64,000 nt of DNA, from positions 57,536,001-57,600,000 of the forward strand of contig OX597814.1 in assembly GCA_951406725.2 (NCBI GenBank), given 5' to 3'. Position numbers and translations under genes: made by a program. A model generated the notes under the pieces. It made no database searches and was not told the DNA's origin. It saw nothing but the letters and a program-made list of their open reading frames with translations. Below, piece after piece: positions 25,681 through 39,645 of the stretch. The DNA comes from Octopus vulgaris. Its lineage: Eukaryota. Positions within the stretch are counted from its first letter, which is position 1. Each line of letters starts with the position of its first letter.

Positions 25681-26639
25681 GGTTTCCTGCACAGGTAGCA
25701 ATATAGTTTGTGGTTTCTATGGATATAATTAAGCACGTTTCTCATGAATATGTCGTTGATATTTTATAATATGATACATTAAACCAAATTAAAGGTAAAA
25801 CTTATTGATTTTGTAGTAGTTGTAGCTTTAGTAATTTAAGTTTTTATGTAAACATGTTATCAAGTGGATTCGGTAACTTTTACGTTTCCCTTTGCTTTCA
25901 TAGTTTGTATTGAGCATAACTATTGCGCACAAATATAGATGACGTGACACTCTAATATGGTAATTAAAAAGTAGTTTTTAATACGTCATATATTTTGGTG
26001 TCTCCGATATTTTAACAAACGCACGCGCAATTACATGAATGCTACCGTCCTCTCTACCTCTTTTTCAATCTCTCTCTCTCTCTCTTTCTCTAATCCCTAG
26101 TTCACCCTAACTGCAACACCACCACCGATAACAACTATTTTGTATAACAAACGCACACGCACAATTATTTCAAACATATTTGGTTATATTATATGTATGC
26201 CCCACACACATATAATATAAATAATATATATATGTTTATATATACATGTATATATATATGCATATATGGGAACAGGACGTACCCAACTGTGAACAACATA
26301 AAGTGCAAAATCAAGCGAGTTAGTTACACAAACAACGAGAGCAAAATATTGAAAACAGGACAAGTAACACAAAAAACGACCCTTCATAAGTTGTCGGCTG
26401 TCTATCTACTCCTTATTTCAAACAATCAACGACAAATATGAGTCTTCGAAGACAGTTGCTCCCATAACGTCCAAAATAGATTTTTGATTTTATGGAGGGT
26501 CAAAGTTTGGAGCAAAAACAGGACAGTGGAGACATACAAGAAAACCGAACGAAAACAAACGTGGAGGGTCGTTAAACTGATGTCTATATGTCAATTTCTC
26601 TATTTTCGTTTTTATATATATGATGGACTCTCCCGTCTT

Positions 26640-26901
26640 AAACTACATATGAGGGTTTGATAATTTCTTACCGAACAACAACACATATGATTTGTTTATA
26701 GTGATCAAATGTTTGTGTAGACATAAGCTCACTCCCTCCATCAAATCGACATTACCTGTACAGGTGCAACGGGGTGCTACATGTCAGATGTCGAAGTGAT
26801 CGCAGAGCAACGTGAAATGAAGTGCTTTGCTCAACGCAACGCCCGGTCCGAGAATTGAACCCACGATCTCGCAATCGTGAGAGCAACACCTTAACCACTG
26901 A

Positions 26902-26904
<3 letters not shown>
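26640..26904 (-). mobile_element. tRNA-derived SINE
   Basis: Minus strand GCTCAGTGGTTAAGG (A box) ... GGTTCAATTCTC (B box), followed by TTGAGCAAAGCACTT. Confidence 0.7.
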
Positions 26905-26947
<43 letters not shown>

Positions 26948-27294
26948 GCGTGTGTGTGTGTGTGTGTGTGTGTCTGTGTCTCTGTGTGTGCATATGTTGT
27001 TTGAAAATATTAATCGAAAGCGCTCACACACACTAGGAAAAAAAACTCCCTCCACAAAGGTTAGTAACATCCTGATAAAAGATTTTATGACTTTAAAAAA
27101 ATAATTTAAGAAAAAATCTCCTTTTTACATAAAAACTGTATTAAGCAACTTTCACAAAGACTTTCATATATATATATATATAACAAGAGAGGTGGGTGTT
27201 TTCACGCAGGATAAAATATAGGAAAATGTGTTGTTGAAATGCACCTAAATTTCAAAACCTCGTAAATGTTTAAAATACATTGATTTACATATCT

Positions 27295-27334
27295 ACCAAA
27301 CTAGTTTCATCAATATTTTTTGTTTATCAATGGT
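27295..27334 (-). ncRNA. Minimal hammerhead motif with U3-A8 core
   Basis: Minus strand: ACCA-TTGATAA-ACAA aaaata TTGAT-GAAA-CTAG-TT-TGGT. Confidence 0.6.
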
Positions 27335-28189
27335 AAAAGTTTAAAAACATCTTTAAAAGTTTCAATGTTGACATATGAAAATATTTCAATGTTGATAGAT
27401 TAACATGTTCAAAACAAAAGGTGTAAGTTTGAATGTTCATAGCAGTCAATAAAATTAAAACTGTATATCAATTTGTTTGAATGTACAAAGTTCATGGTGG
27501 TCGACAAGTCATACTGAAAAAAATACAATGTGAAATGAAAACATTCAAAATTGTATATATATATGTATGTATTAGTACAAGTTTTTAGTCACATGAACCT
27601 GCATGAATGGGAATGCTATCTCAGTCATATTATTCACAAATCTCTGAAACTTTTTTCATTAAAAGACACCGTATCATTTTCTTAATGACCAACTTGGATT
27701 TTGGAAAGAATTTAAAAGCATATAAAAAATACATAACTATAACTATCTCTTATGATAAAAGGCAGATTTTCTCTGCCTGTTCCCATGTTCCTTTTTAATA
27801 CAATTCTACAATATAGAATTTCTTCAATTGGAATTTACCTATGATTTTTCGAAGTAGATTCGATTGGGTCATGGCATATAAAGTTTTTTCAATTTGACCC
27901 CCAATTAAGCAAAAATTCGAGAAAACTCAATATTTTACGATTTGCCTCTCTCATTTCAAGTGGTTTACTCCTGCTATTGCCACCACACTTTCTCCTACTT
28001 TCTCTTTGCAAGTGTGAAACTATTAAAGTGAAAGTATTATAAAACAGGGATGAGCCATTAATAGTGGTCATCCTTTTTGCTAGAGGAAGATCCGCTATGG
28101 TCTTATATGCTACACCACTGGTTTTCAATTCATATTAATCAAATTAATATTCAATTTTTCACCCTCATTATGTGTGTGTGTGTGTGTGT

Positions 28190-28740
28190 ATTAGCAATTC
28201 GTTTAAAATTGCATCAATGACACTTGAACTTGAATAGGTGGTTTCTAATAAATGGGGATAAATTAAAAAGGTTTGTTGTTATTATTATTACTGTTTGACT
28301 ATTGTAATCACGTTTGTTGGTTCCTCGTCAGGGAAACGTTGTTGTGTTGCATTTGTTAAATAATTGTAAACCGTAACCCCCCGCTTTCGGAGAAGGGGCT
28401 TTGGTTATTGTTTAAAAATTGAATTGTGTCCCTGTTTGGGGAAATTGACAATATATTCACCGTCTTTACGGAAGCATTTTTGTTAAAATGCCTTCGATAG
28501 AAGAAAGTCCAAAAATGAATTTCACTGCAGCCGTACACTTCTATACAAGATGGAGGACAAGATCCAATTGATCGAAATTGCAAGAGACGGGCCTACAATT
28601 CCAGTCTGTTATATATTTTGAGTATTGTTATCACTAGAGATATTAAGATATAACTTTGTATTTTGTATTATATGTGTAGATGTATATATATAGATGTACA
28701 TGTAATATGTACACATATATATACACATATATACATGCAT
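28190..28740 (+). mobile_element. Internally deleted copy of the 3850-5477 Helitron interior
   Basis: Matches ~4245-4310, ~4545-4811 and ~5234-5438 in order. Confidence 0.85.
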
Positions 28741-28989
28741 AATATATCTACCCATACACACACACACATACATAGGGGCAGGTGTGGCTGTCTGGTAACA
28801 AACTACGTTCCAAACACATGGTCCTGGGTTCAGTCCCACTGTGTGGTGACTTGGCATATGTCTTCTGCTGTAGCTTCAGACCAACAAAAGCCTTCTCAGT
28901 GGATTTTGTACATATATACAGGCATACATACATATATATATATACATGCATACGTACATATTCGGCATAAACACTCTACCACTACAACT

Positions 28990-30660
28990 AATAACTGTTG
29001 GGAACACTTTCAAACCTGCCTTACATTCGAACGGGAATCTCAAAAACATTGTCCCCTTCAGCGCCTAGCTCAATTGCTCTATCCTGACATGGAGGGTATC
29101 AGCAATGAAATCTATAACAAAAGAATCATTGACGTTGAAGACAGAATTGCTAAACTGGGTGAAAATGAATTGTCGCGGTATGGCCTGCCACAAGCATTCA
29201 GGTCAGGGTCAAATAGCCTTCCCACTGCTGTCATTCGTGAAACAACCTACGACACTCAAGCGCTTTCAAAGTACATTGTTGAAAATGAGCCTAAATTACT
29301 TCCGGACCAGCTTCAGGCCTACAGAACTATTCTTAACAGTGTACGCCAACGCGAGGGACGAATATTCTTCCTCGGTACTCCTGGAGGGACAGGAAAAACA
29401 TTTATTACAAAGCTTCTCCTTGCAGAAGTTAGGTAGCATCAGGATATTGCAGTAGCTGTAGCCTCCTCTGGCATTGCAGCTACTTTGTTACCCGGTGGCA
29501 GGACAGCACACTCAACTTTTAAACTCCCTCTCAATTTAGCAGCATCCGAAATGTCTTCATGCAACATCAACAAAAGCTCAGATCAGGGACAAGTACTTAA
29601 AATGTGTTATGTAATTGTTTGGGATGAGTGCGCTATGGCTCACAAGGGAGCTTTAGAAGCATTAGATAGAGCCCTGAAGGACATCCGAGACTGTAAGGCT
29701 CCAATGGGAGGTGTAACGCTTCTGTTGTCAGGTGATTTCAGGCAAACTCTTCCTGTCATTCCGAAAGGCACTAGAGCTGATGAAGTTCAAGCATGCCTAA
29801 AGTCCTCTACCCTGTGGCATCATGTTACAATCTTTAGTCTCACCACTAACATGAGAGCTCAGCTACACGGCGACAAAATGTCCACAAAGTTTGCACAGGG
29901 CATTTTGACACTTGGTGAAGGCAAGATGCCTCTCCATGCTGCAGGACAAATGGAAGTGTGGTCATTTTCCTCTGTTGTTAATTCTGTAGATAACCTCAAA
30001 AAGTCTTTCCCAACTTCACACAAAACTACCAAAATCACAATTGGCTGTGTGAAAGAGCAATATTAGCTCCAAAAAACGTCGCTGTTAACAAAATTAATCA
30101 ACAGCTAATGCATTCTCTTCCCGGCACTATACACACTTACAAGTCTGTTGATACAATTCCAGATATAAATGAAGTTGTGAACTATCCTCCTGAATTTCTC
30201 AATTCACTGGAGCCTCCTCGACTACCTCCACACATATTACCACTTAAAGTTGGAACTCCTGTAATGCTACTCCGCAATCTGGAACCACCAAGACTTTGCA
30301 ATGGAACACGACTGGTGATAAAGAAAATGATATTACACGTTATCGAGGCGATCATTCTTTCTGGATGTGGAAAAGGTGATGACGTCTTTATTTCACGATT
30401 TCCTCTTACTTCATCAGGAGCAGAAATTCCATTTACATTCAGAAGACTGCAATTCCCCCTTCGTGTCAGCTTTGCCATGTCCATTAACAAATCTCAGGGT
30501 CAAACCCTCTCTGTAGCTGGTCTTCTCTTGGAAGAGCTCTGCTTCTCGCATAGGCAACTGTATGTTGGCTGCTCAAGAGTAGGAACCAAAAAAAAAAAAA
30601 CCTTTTTGTATATGCTCCACAAGGAAAAACAAGGAACATTGTTTACAACGAGGTGTTATA
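28990..30660 (+). pseudogene. Helitron Pif1-like SF1B helicase (disrupted)
   Basis: GTPGGTGKT, ASSGIAATLLPGGRTAHSTF, IVWDE, GDFRQTLPV, LCNGTRL and FAMSINKSQGQT; in-frame TAG at 29434 and frameshifts near 30000 and 30590. Confidence 0.93.
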
Positions 30661-30747
30661 ATCTCAACAGCCAGGAGGTATATACATGATCCCCTTTTTT
30701 TTAACAAACTTCATGTACTTCCATGTATTTATATTAATATACATATA

Positions 30748-30786
<39 letters not shown>

Positions 30787-30827
30787 CCATATATATAACA
30801 GAAAAGTCTAATTCTTCTATTGAAAGT

Positions 30828-30856
30828 AACCGGGCAACGCCGGGTATCTCTGCTAG
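30828..30856 (+). mobile_element. Helitron 3' terminus
   Basis: CCGG-GCAACG-CCGG hairpin, then CTAG (30853-30856) followed by T; similar to the 5450-5477 terminus. Confidence 0.85.
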
Positions 30857-30867
30857 TAATTGATATG

Positions 30868-31945
30868 TACGAGGATCGACTGAAAAGTTCTTCGACTGAC
30901 GAAGATACTGTTATGGAATGCGACCAAATGAGTTTCATTTTTTAATATAGTTCCTCTTGTTCTCCACATACCTCTTCCATCGGTGAAAGTGCTTCGATCC
31001 CATTAGTGAAGAAGCTTTCATCCTGTTGATCAAAAAGTTATCAACAGCAGATATGACATCATCATCACTACCATACTGGTTCTCAAGTGTTCTTTTCATG
31101 TTGGGGAACAGATGATAATGAGATGGGATCAAATCAAGAGAATAGGGCAGCTGATCAACCAGTTCTAAGCCACAGTCACGTGCAGCAGCCATTGAAAGCA
31201 ACAAAGCAAAGTAAGCAAGGCGGCGAGCTGGCAGAATCGTTAGCACGCCGGGCAAAATGCTAAGCGGCATTTCGTCTGCCGTTACGTTCTGAGTTCAAAT
31301 TCCGCCGAGGTCGACTTTGCCTTTCATCCTTTCGGGGTCGATAAATTAAGTACCAGTTACGCAATGGGGTCGATGTAATCGACTTAATCCGTTTGTCTGT
31401 CCTTGTTTGTCCCCTTTGTGTTTAGCCCCTTGTGGGTAGTAAAAAAATAGGTATTTCGTCTGCCGCAACGTTCTGAGTTCAAATTCCGCCGAGGTCGACT
31501 CTGCCTTTCATCCTTTCGGGGTCGATTAAATAAGTACGAGTTACGCACTGGGGTCGATATAATCGACTTAATCCGTTTGTCTGTCCTTGTTTGTCCTCTC
31601 TATGTTTAGCCCCTTGTGGGCAATTAATAAATGAGAAAACAAGGACTTGTGTGCAGAAGCATAATTTTTATGATCCAAGATCCCTTTTGTCAGTTTTTCT
31701 GGGCGTTTGGTTTTGATAGTCCTTTGTAACTGCCTCAACAAGTTGGCTAGTACTCTCTATTCACGTTGTGGCCGTTTTGAAGATAGTTAACAAGCACAAT
31801 GCTTTTTGCATCCCCAAAATGGAAGCCACCACATTCCCTGCAGATGAAACGACCTCAGCTTTCTTTGGAGCAGGTGAGGAGGCGTGTTTCCACTGCATAG
31901 ATTGTCTCCTTGTCTCTGGCTCAATACGTTTACTTGAAAACCATG
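30868..31945 (-). pseudogene. Decayed mariner transposon interrupted by a SINE
   Basis: TIR end TACGAGG at 30868; minus-strand WKHASSPAPKK, GNVVAS and LPYSLDLIPSHYHLFPNMK (a YSPDLAPSD relic). Confidence 0.85.
31219..31632 (+). mobile_element. Young tRNA-derived SINE plus tandem partial duplicate (31451-31632)
   Basis: A box TGGCAGAATCGTTAG, B box GAGTTCAAATTCC, and central GTCGACTTTGCCTTTCATCCTTTCGGGGTCGATAAA..AGTACC (Meta-domain-like). Confidence 0.85.
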
Positions 31946-32315
31946 CTTAACCGCTGTTGTTATGACTAAAACAAATAAAACAAATACTTCACTGCACTCA
32001 TGTAAGAATAGACTAACATACACATACGTATAAATAGTGGTATATACATATGTACGCATACTTCCATATAGATATACATATCAGGTGAAAACATAAGAAA
32101 TACTTGTCACGTTCTTACAGGCCGACTTTCATTCTTTTCATCGAATTAAACAATCCTCTGTTTCTCTTTCTATATATGCATGTATGTATGTATGTATGTA
32201 TGTATGTATGTATGTATGTATGTATGTATGTATGTATGTATGTATGTATGTATTTATGTATGTATGTATGTATGTATGTATTTATGTAGTTTGCATATAC
32301 TTATATGTAGATACG

Positions 32316-32396
<81 letters not shown>

Positions 32397-32780
32397 GTCT
32401 CAGTCTATTTGTTTGATTGTCTGTCTGTCAGTCACTCTCTCTCTTCTCTTTCTTTCTCTATATACATACATAAACATATGACATATATACATATACATAG
32501 ATACATACATATAGACACACAAATATCGATAATGCGATAAAAAACTTTGCTTATACATACATACATATGCACACACACATACATACACGCGCATCCATAA
32601 ACATATGAGTAACTATGTATATATCTGTGTATTAATGTATGAATATATGATTGGTCGTATGTGCTTATAAAAACTAGTATATATCGTAAATATCCAACAA
32701 TGGTTCACCTATCTTTTAAAGAAAACAAAAGCTGCAAATGTATGTATGTATGTATGTATGTATGTATGTATGTATGTATG

Positions 32781-32814
<34 letters not shown>

Positions 32815-33571
32815 TGTATGTATGTATGTATGTATGTACGTACGTGCGTATATATAGATATATATATATATATATATACATAACAAAAGTAACCAGAAAA
32901 ATCAATCTACGCGATAGGACAGACAATAGAATTAGGTTTTTATTGAATTGAAACAAATTCATGTTGATGATTGTTAAATATAAAATAAAAATAAAACTTT
33001 AAAAAATTATGTACAACCAATACATTGCATTTGCATACAATCATTCGGAATGGTTTTATACATATTTAGTTATTTGTGAAGCAATTTGATCGAAAAAATT
33101 TGTTATGGACACAAATGATTGCATTAAATGGATTGGTTTGTTCATGTTGTTTAGTCCCATATCTGCTCTGGGACTAAATTTTTCATTAAAGCGGGGTTTC
33201 TTGTGTTATCCCCACTATCTTATATTCAGACGCAGTGTAAGTGGTATCGCGTTTTCGAACGTGTCCATCACACATTTAAGAGTGTGATAAGTGATTTTAA
33301 GGCTATTCGGTTGCTATATTACAGTATATAGTTATTGCGTAGAGCAGAGGTAAAGAACAGATTTTGTTCTAGGGGTTAATTTCGAGAGCATCAGAAAATT
33401 TGTGAGAACGAATATTAGTCGCAAAAAAAAAATAAAATAAAAATAAAAGCGAGAATACTTTATTCTACAAAACGATGATTTTTGGTGTCGGATAGTAGTG
33501 GATGTTACCGGCCAGAATCTTGCATATAAATACAAGGCTGTGAAAGATTTTAGAACATTTATAAATAGAAG

Positions 33572-33619
33572 GTTTTACAAATGTTTCCGGGATATTTTAT
33601 ATATCCCTTCATCGGAGAC
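33572..33619 (-). ncRNA. Degenerate hammerhead motif
   Basis: Minus strand: GTCT-CCGATGA-A-GGGATAT ataaa ATATCCC-G-GAAA-CATTTG-TA-AAAC, with U4>C and a weak stem I. Confidence 0.55.
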
Positions 33620-34014
33620 AGTGTGAGAAGATGGTTAAGCAATAGTTATTTAGGCAGAATAGTATACAGATAAGATTCTAATACCTTGTGAGTGAGTTCC
33701 AATAGTATTAAAAATTGGTCATTCCAAGTATAGAGTTTGTACACAGTGTTATTAAATCGAGGGTTTTATTTAAAGTGACTTAAAAGTTGGGAATGTAATC
33801 TCATATCGAAAACAGGAAGAGAGGAATCTTTCACAGCCTTGAATTTTTATCTCATTCTGAAAAACTTTTTTATATATACATATGGTGATATATGACTTAC
33901 GTTGGGCACCTCATTTGCATAATCACCGAATCTGGTGCTTAACTATAGTTTGTCCACAGCACTCACTCAACATTACCTGTACCTTTGGGTCTTATTGCCA
34001 CCATTACCTATCAT

Positions 34015-34086
<72 letters not shown>

Positions 34087-34246
34087 TAAAGATATAATTA
34101 TAGTTAAAGGCTGCTGGAAATGACCATAATCAATGTTAGAAATTGGTGTCAAATACCTACAATTCATTCTACAATTTGTTCTTTATATTCAGCCACAGGT
34201 ACAAACGTGAGGAAATGAACAAGAAAATAAAAAAAATATTGGATAA

Positions 34247-34303
34247 TTCTATACCTCGAGATTTCACGCTCTACAAAAAATTGCTTTGGGATCTTCAGTA
34301 GAA
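34247..34303 (-). ncRNA. Type I hammerhead motif (left arm)
   Basis: Minus strand: TTCTA-CTGAAGA-TCCC...GCGT-GAAA-TCTCGAGG-TA-TAGAA. Confidence 0.65.
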
Positions 34304-34626
34304 TAAACCATTAATATATAAACGAGAAATATACGTGCCCACTGAAAAATTCGCCCGCATATACCAATGTACACATACATTTTCCGCGTATAAATTTCAT
34401 CCTCCAGCTCATCTCGACCATGTGGATAATGCCAGGAATCATATAGAGTAATTGCAGTCTCGCATTGAGATATTCTGACTAGAGAACTGCAAAATTATTT
34501 ATATCCACATAGTCGAGATGGGCTGGAAGATGAAATGTATACGCGGAAAATGTATGTGTACATTGGTATCTGCGGGTGAATTTACCAGTGGGTACGTACA
34601 TTTCTCGTTTATATATTAATGGTTTA

Positions 34627-34683
34627 TTCTACTGAAGATCGCAAATCAATTTTTTGAGGAGTGTGAAATCTCGAGATTTAGAA
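34627..34683 (+). ncRNA. Type I hammerhead motif (right arm)
   Basis: TTCTA-CTGAAGA-TCGC...GTGT-GAAA-TCTCGAGA-TT-TAGAA, with palindromic helix III and a weak stem II. Confidence 0.65.
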
Positions 34684-36042
34684 TTATCCAAATTATTTTT
34701 TTGTATTTTCTTGTTCATTCCCTCATTTTCGTACTTGTGGTTGAATATATAGAACAAATTGTAGAGTGAATTGTAGGTATTTGACACCAATTTCTAGCAT
34801 TGGTGATGGTCATTCCCAGTAGCCCTTAACTATAATTATCTTCATAATTATAAACGTAAAAAAAGTTAACGTTACCTATACGGGCCACTGCTAGGCCACT
34901 GATATAATCATTTTATAACTATGTCCTTAACTTACACACACATACACACACACATACACACACACACACACACTCATACACACATATATACACACATACA
35001 TACGTTCATACAAACATACATACGTACATGCACAAGCACATGCATTTTTTGTGGTAGTCGAAACTGATTAGTATGATGATCTAAAGATCAATTTAAGGGG
35101 ATTAAGAGAAGTGACTGAAATCGATATCATTATTTCTGCCTTGATTGAGATACATTTTAAACAAGGATCTCTAACTGTATGTTGTGAAGGATATGCAGAT
35201 TCGTTGATTTGATTGAATAATGCCATAAGAAATCGTACTTTTTTGATATCGGCGTAAAGGCGAAAACTTCCATCGCATCAAAATCGCTGTATAGACTGCT
35301 GTGGTTTTTCGAGCCAGAACCTACTTAACAATCTCTGATGTGCTCAGTCCAGTCACAGAGTGGCACAGTGTAGATTTCTAAAACATTCCAAAGATTTTTC
35401 ATTTGAGTTTCCTGTAATGAGGATAAACACACAATGACAAACATATCTATGACGTACTCACACACATGCCTACAACGTAATCACAAACAAATTCGTGTTG
35501 TAAAAAGACGTGTAGATCCGTTTTAAGAGCGCATGTATATTTACACATGCACTTACATATATGTACACACTGACTCAGTCATATATTCACAAATCCTATG
35601 AATTGTCTTGACTAAAACAACAGCACTCTGTCCCTTTGCTAGTGACTGGCTTGGATTCTACATACAAAAAGCGTAAACAAACTTTAAAGAATAACACTGC
35701 ACACTGGTATACATATGTTTACACGAAAAACATAGCCGGTCTTAACTGATATGATAAAAGAAGTGACAAAAAAAAACAACATGTTTATAACAATACACAC
35801 AAAATAATCATTGATGTACACACTAACATATTCACAAGTACCGAAAAAGAAAAAAACCCAGCCCGAGAACTAAAACAAAAAACAAAACAAAAACAAAACA
35901 AAAAATGAGAAACAAACGAAAATGAATCGTCACGTTCTTACTTTTTGACTTTTCTTATATTCTGCTAGATTTCAAGTCTCCCTTTCTTACTCATCGCCTC
36001 ACCGCACTCATTTTTTGTGTGTGTACGTGTATGTGTGCGTGC

Positions 36043-36085
<43 letters not shown>

Positions 36086-36088
36086 CAT

Positions 36089-36130
<42 letters not shown>

Positions 36131-36412
36131 ATATACACATATAAATATACACATACAAAATACATATATATATATATACATATATTACAATTCAGGGACG
36201 ATACAACCTGTAGCCAACGAATAAGTAAATAGTCTCTCTTTATTACAAAATACAGATCCCCTTTGAACGCATCTACAACAAATGACATATCTACCACGAC
36301 CTTTGAATAACACACACGCAAATATTAAAAATGATACATTCAAAAGAGATACCCAAGAAATCATTAATTGTTTACTTTTGTGGATTCCAGGTCGTTGTGA
36401 ATTCTTGGCAGA

Positions 36413-36487
36413 GAAGAAGAAGAAGAAGAAGAAGAAGAAGAAGAAGAAGAAGAAGAAGAAGAAGAAGAAGAAGAAGAAGAAGAAGAA
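36413..36487. repeat. (AAG)n microsatellite
   Basis: Direct read. Confidence 0.95.
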
Positions 36488-36544
36488 AATAATGCAGGGG
36501 TGCTATGATAGTAGTAGGATGGGAAATGGCCAAGTGCCCTGAAA

Positions 36545-37720
36545 GTGCCTTGTGGATGGTAGTAGTGATTGAATTCTTGAGATATCTGTTTTGAATGTTA
36601 GTTTATAATATTTGCGTAGGTGTTATTTTAAACAGCATTGTGTGTTTGGAGGATTAAGTTCATTCTGTGGCCCTTTTTTTTAGCAGGGGAATGTTTTGAA
36701 TGATGGTGTCGAAGGCTTCATTGTTAAGAGGGTTGTGTGTGGTAGGGCTTTTGGTTGTAAATCCTACTTTAATTTGGGATGTCTGAGTTCGTGGATGTTG
36801 AGTTGTAGGGCATGTTGAAAGCATATGTCAGTTAGTGAAGGTGGGTAGTTCCTGGTGATGGGTGTATCCTTTAGTTTATGTAGTCGTGTGTCCCTGGTGC
36901 TTGCATTAGAATCTATAGTACATATCCTTTTTGCTAGGTTGAAGGGGATATTCATTCTGGTATGTCTGGAGTGCCATGTGTTGAACGGTAGATATTGCTT
37001 GGAGTCTGTGGGCTTATAGTATATATTTGTTTCTATTACGTTGTTAGATTTCTTAATGAGGATGTCGAGGAAGGGAAGTTGTTGATGGCTATATTCCATC
37101 GTGAATTGAATGTTTACGTCAAGTCCATTTATAAGTGCTTGAAATTCTTTAAGTCTTTCTATACTTTCATGCCAAAGAAAGAAACAGTCATCCAGGTATC
37201 TCTTCCAGTTATTTTCTATGTAGAGGGAGAATGGGCTGCCGTATTTTTCTGGAACCTTACGATAAAGACTAATTTCTAGATATCCCATAACTAGGTTAGC
37301 AAAGGAGGGGGCCATTCTCCTACCCATCGCAGTCCTCGATTTTTGTCGATAGAAGTTGTCTTTGAAGACGTAGCAGTTATTCTCCAAGATAAATTTTAGC
37401 CCTTCTATCACGAATTCCTTTTTGATGCGATGTGGGAGTTCGTTGGCGTAATTCTCTAACAAAAATTGAATTGCCTCTATTCATAGGTTGTGGGGGATAT
37501 TGGAATTGAGGTTGACTACATCGAAGGATACTAGTAGAGTGTTTTTGTTTATTGTTTCAGGAAGGTGATCGAGCAAATCCAAGTCGTCCCTTATATAGCT
37601 TTTGACATGCTTGAGGAATGGTTTTAAGAGGATATCTAAAAAGTTATTGACGCGGTGGGTTTCGCATACGGGACCTGCTAGTATAGGTCTCAATTTGAGG
37701 TCATTAGGAGGGAGTAGGGA
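36545..37720 (-). pseudogene. Penelope-like (Neptune-type) RT fragment
   Basis: RPILAGP, SFDVVNL, AMGRRMAPSFANLVM, RYLDDCF, LPFLDI and YYKPTD; clearly homologous to the 51071-52885 ORF; disrupted near 37480. Confidence 0.9.
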
Positions 37721-37746
37721 CTTTGATTATTATGTCTGTGGCTATC

Positions 37747-37808
<62 letters not shown>

Positions 37809-37929
37809 TTATATATATAAATTTATTTATCTATGCATGAGTGGATGTGTTAATAAAAGGATAACTTTATTTGTAAATCTCCTTTGAAGCTTCATCCGTT
37901 TAAAAAAATACATATATATACAAAGAAAA

Positions 37930-39347
37930 GCAAACAAAATAACCATGGACGCAGTAGGACAATAAAAATATGATTTTATTGAAGTGGAGACAAAACAAAG
38001 TCATGATGATAAGAGTTAATTAAATCATAAAAACGAAAATAAAATAAAGAACAACCAAATATATTGAATTTGTATAAAATCATGCAGCAAATTATTATAG
38101 TTTTTTGTTACTTTTGTATTTATATAATCGAGTTATGGATATTAATGATTACAATAACGGATTGATTTGTTATTGTTGTTGTATATCCTTGAGATCAACT
38201 CCAGCTGAGCCGACCTATTATTAAAGTTATTACGTGTTACGTTATATGTTTTATTAATGCATCCAGGATTATATTAACTGATGACTTTTTCCAACTTTCA
38301 AGACTGTGAGAAGCGTTGTTAAAACTGATTGGCAGTTATAAAACGATCACGTAGAGCAGGGGTGAAGAACCGCTATCGATCTAAGGGTTAATATCAAATG
38401 CACAAGGAAACCTGTAGGGGCGAATCTTTGCCGAAGAAAAAAAGGAATTTTTTTATTTTATGATTCGGGCACTCCTTCGGTTACGACAGCGACGGTTCCA
38501 GTTGATCCGATCAACGGAACAGCCTCTCCTGAAATTGACGTGCATGTGGCTGAGCACTACACAGACAAATGTATCCTTAACGTAGTTCTCAGGGATATTG
38601 AGCATGACACAGAGTGTCGTAGGGTTGGCCTTTGAAATACAGGTATTATTCTTATTTGCCAGCTGAGTGGACCGGGGCAACGTAAAATCAAAGAGCTTTG
38701 CTCAAGGACACAAAAGTTGGTATGGGATAGAAGCAACTGTTACTGACCAAAGTCCTGTTTTCAGATGGCACAGGATTATAGATCGCATGCTTGTTGATGA
38801 GAGGCAGTATTCTAATGGAAGGATGTAAGAACCTCTAGCTTTTAGCAGTCTGCTCACTGTTAAAAGCAAGTTGTGCAATATTTCTTGTAGCGGTCCAAAC
38901 TGATTTGTATTATGATTAAAGAATGCAACATTTCAAATAAGGAAGCTGAAATATGCAAGCTCTGTCAGACATGGAGACCCGTGATCATACACAAGTACTG
39001 TATTAGTCAAAGACTGGCCTAAATAGACATCGATATTGCTGACTTGGGTGCGGTCAATTTTTCCGACTGACTGTGGTGAAGACTACGTAGTTCTGTTGTT
39101 TCGTTTCGATGAAACCCCAGATAAAAGATACCTTCGCGGAATTGGCATCATGACCAAAGCCTCCATTACATTTATTTCAGCGATAGATGAGTGAGCTCCG
39201 TTTCAGCATTAATTTATAGATCACTGGAATTATCCAAGAATGAACAGAAGAAATCGACGCTAATCTTTCAACTCCTGTCGATTAGTTGTACACCGTAGAT
39301 ACGTAAAATATTGTAGAGGTTCACCATTTGAGTTTTTGAATTAACTA

Positions 39348-39441
<94 letters not shown>

Positions 39442-39605
39442 AACACACACACACATAAACACACACACCCATTTCATAATGTTCTATTCATCCTTTAAAA
39501 TATTTATAAAAATATATAAATTGTTTGCATTATCCTTCTTTTATTATATATTTTTTTTACTAGAACTCACCACGTGGGAAAAATCTATCCAAGGAAATTA
39601 TTTTT

Positions 39606-39645
<40 letters not shown>

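Larger units (their letters stand above)
34079..34852. repeat. Diverged ~350-bp inverted repeat (34079-34428 / 34502-34852)
   Basis: Arms are reverse complements with scattered mismatches (roughly 85-90% identity by eye); abuts (TA)n on the left. Confidence 0.92.

Noticed and set aside
31219-31305. tRNA gene
   Set aside because: A and B boxes are present but there is no cloverleaf; it is the head of a multi-copy SINE.
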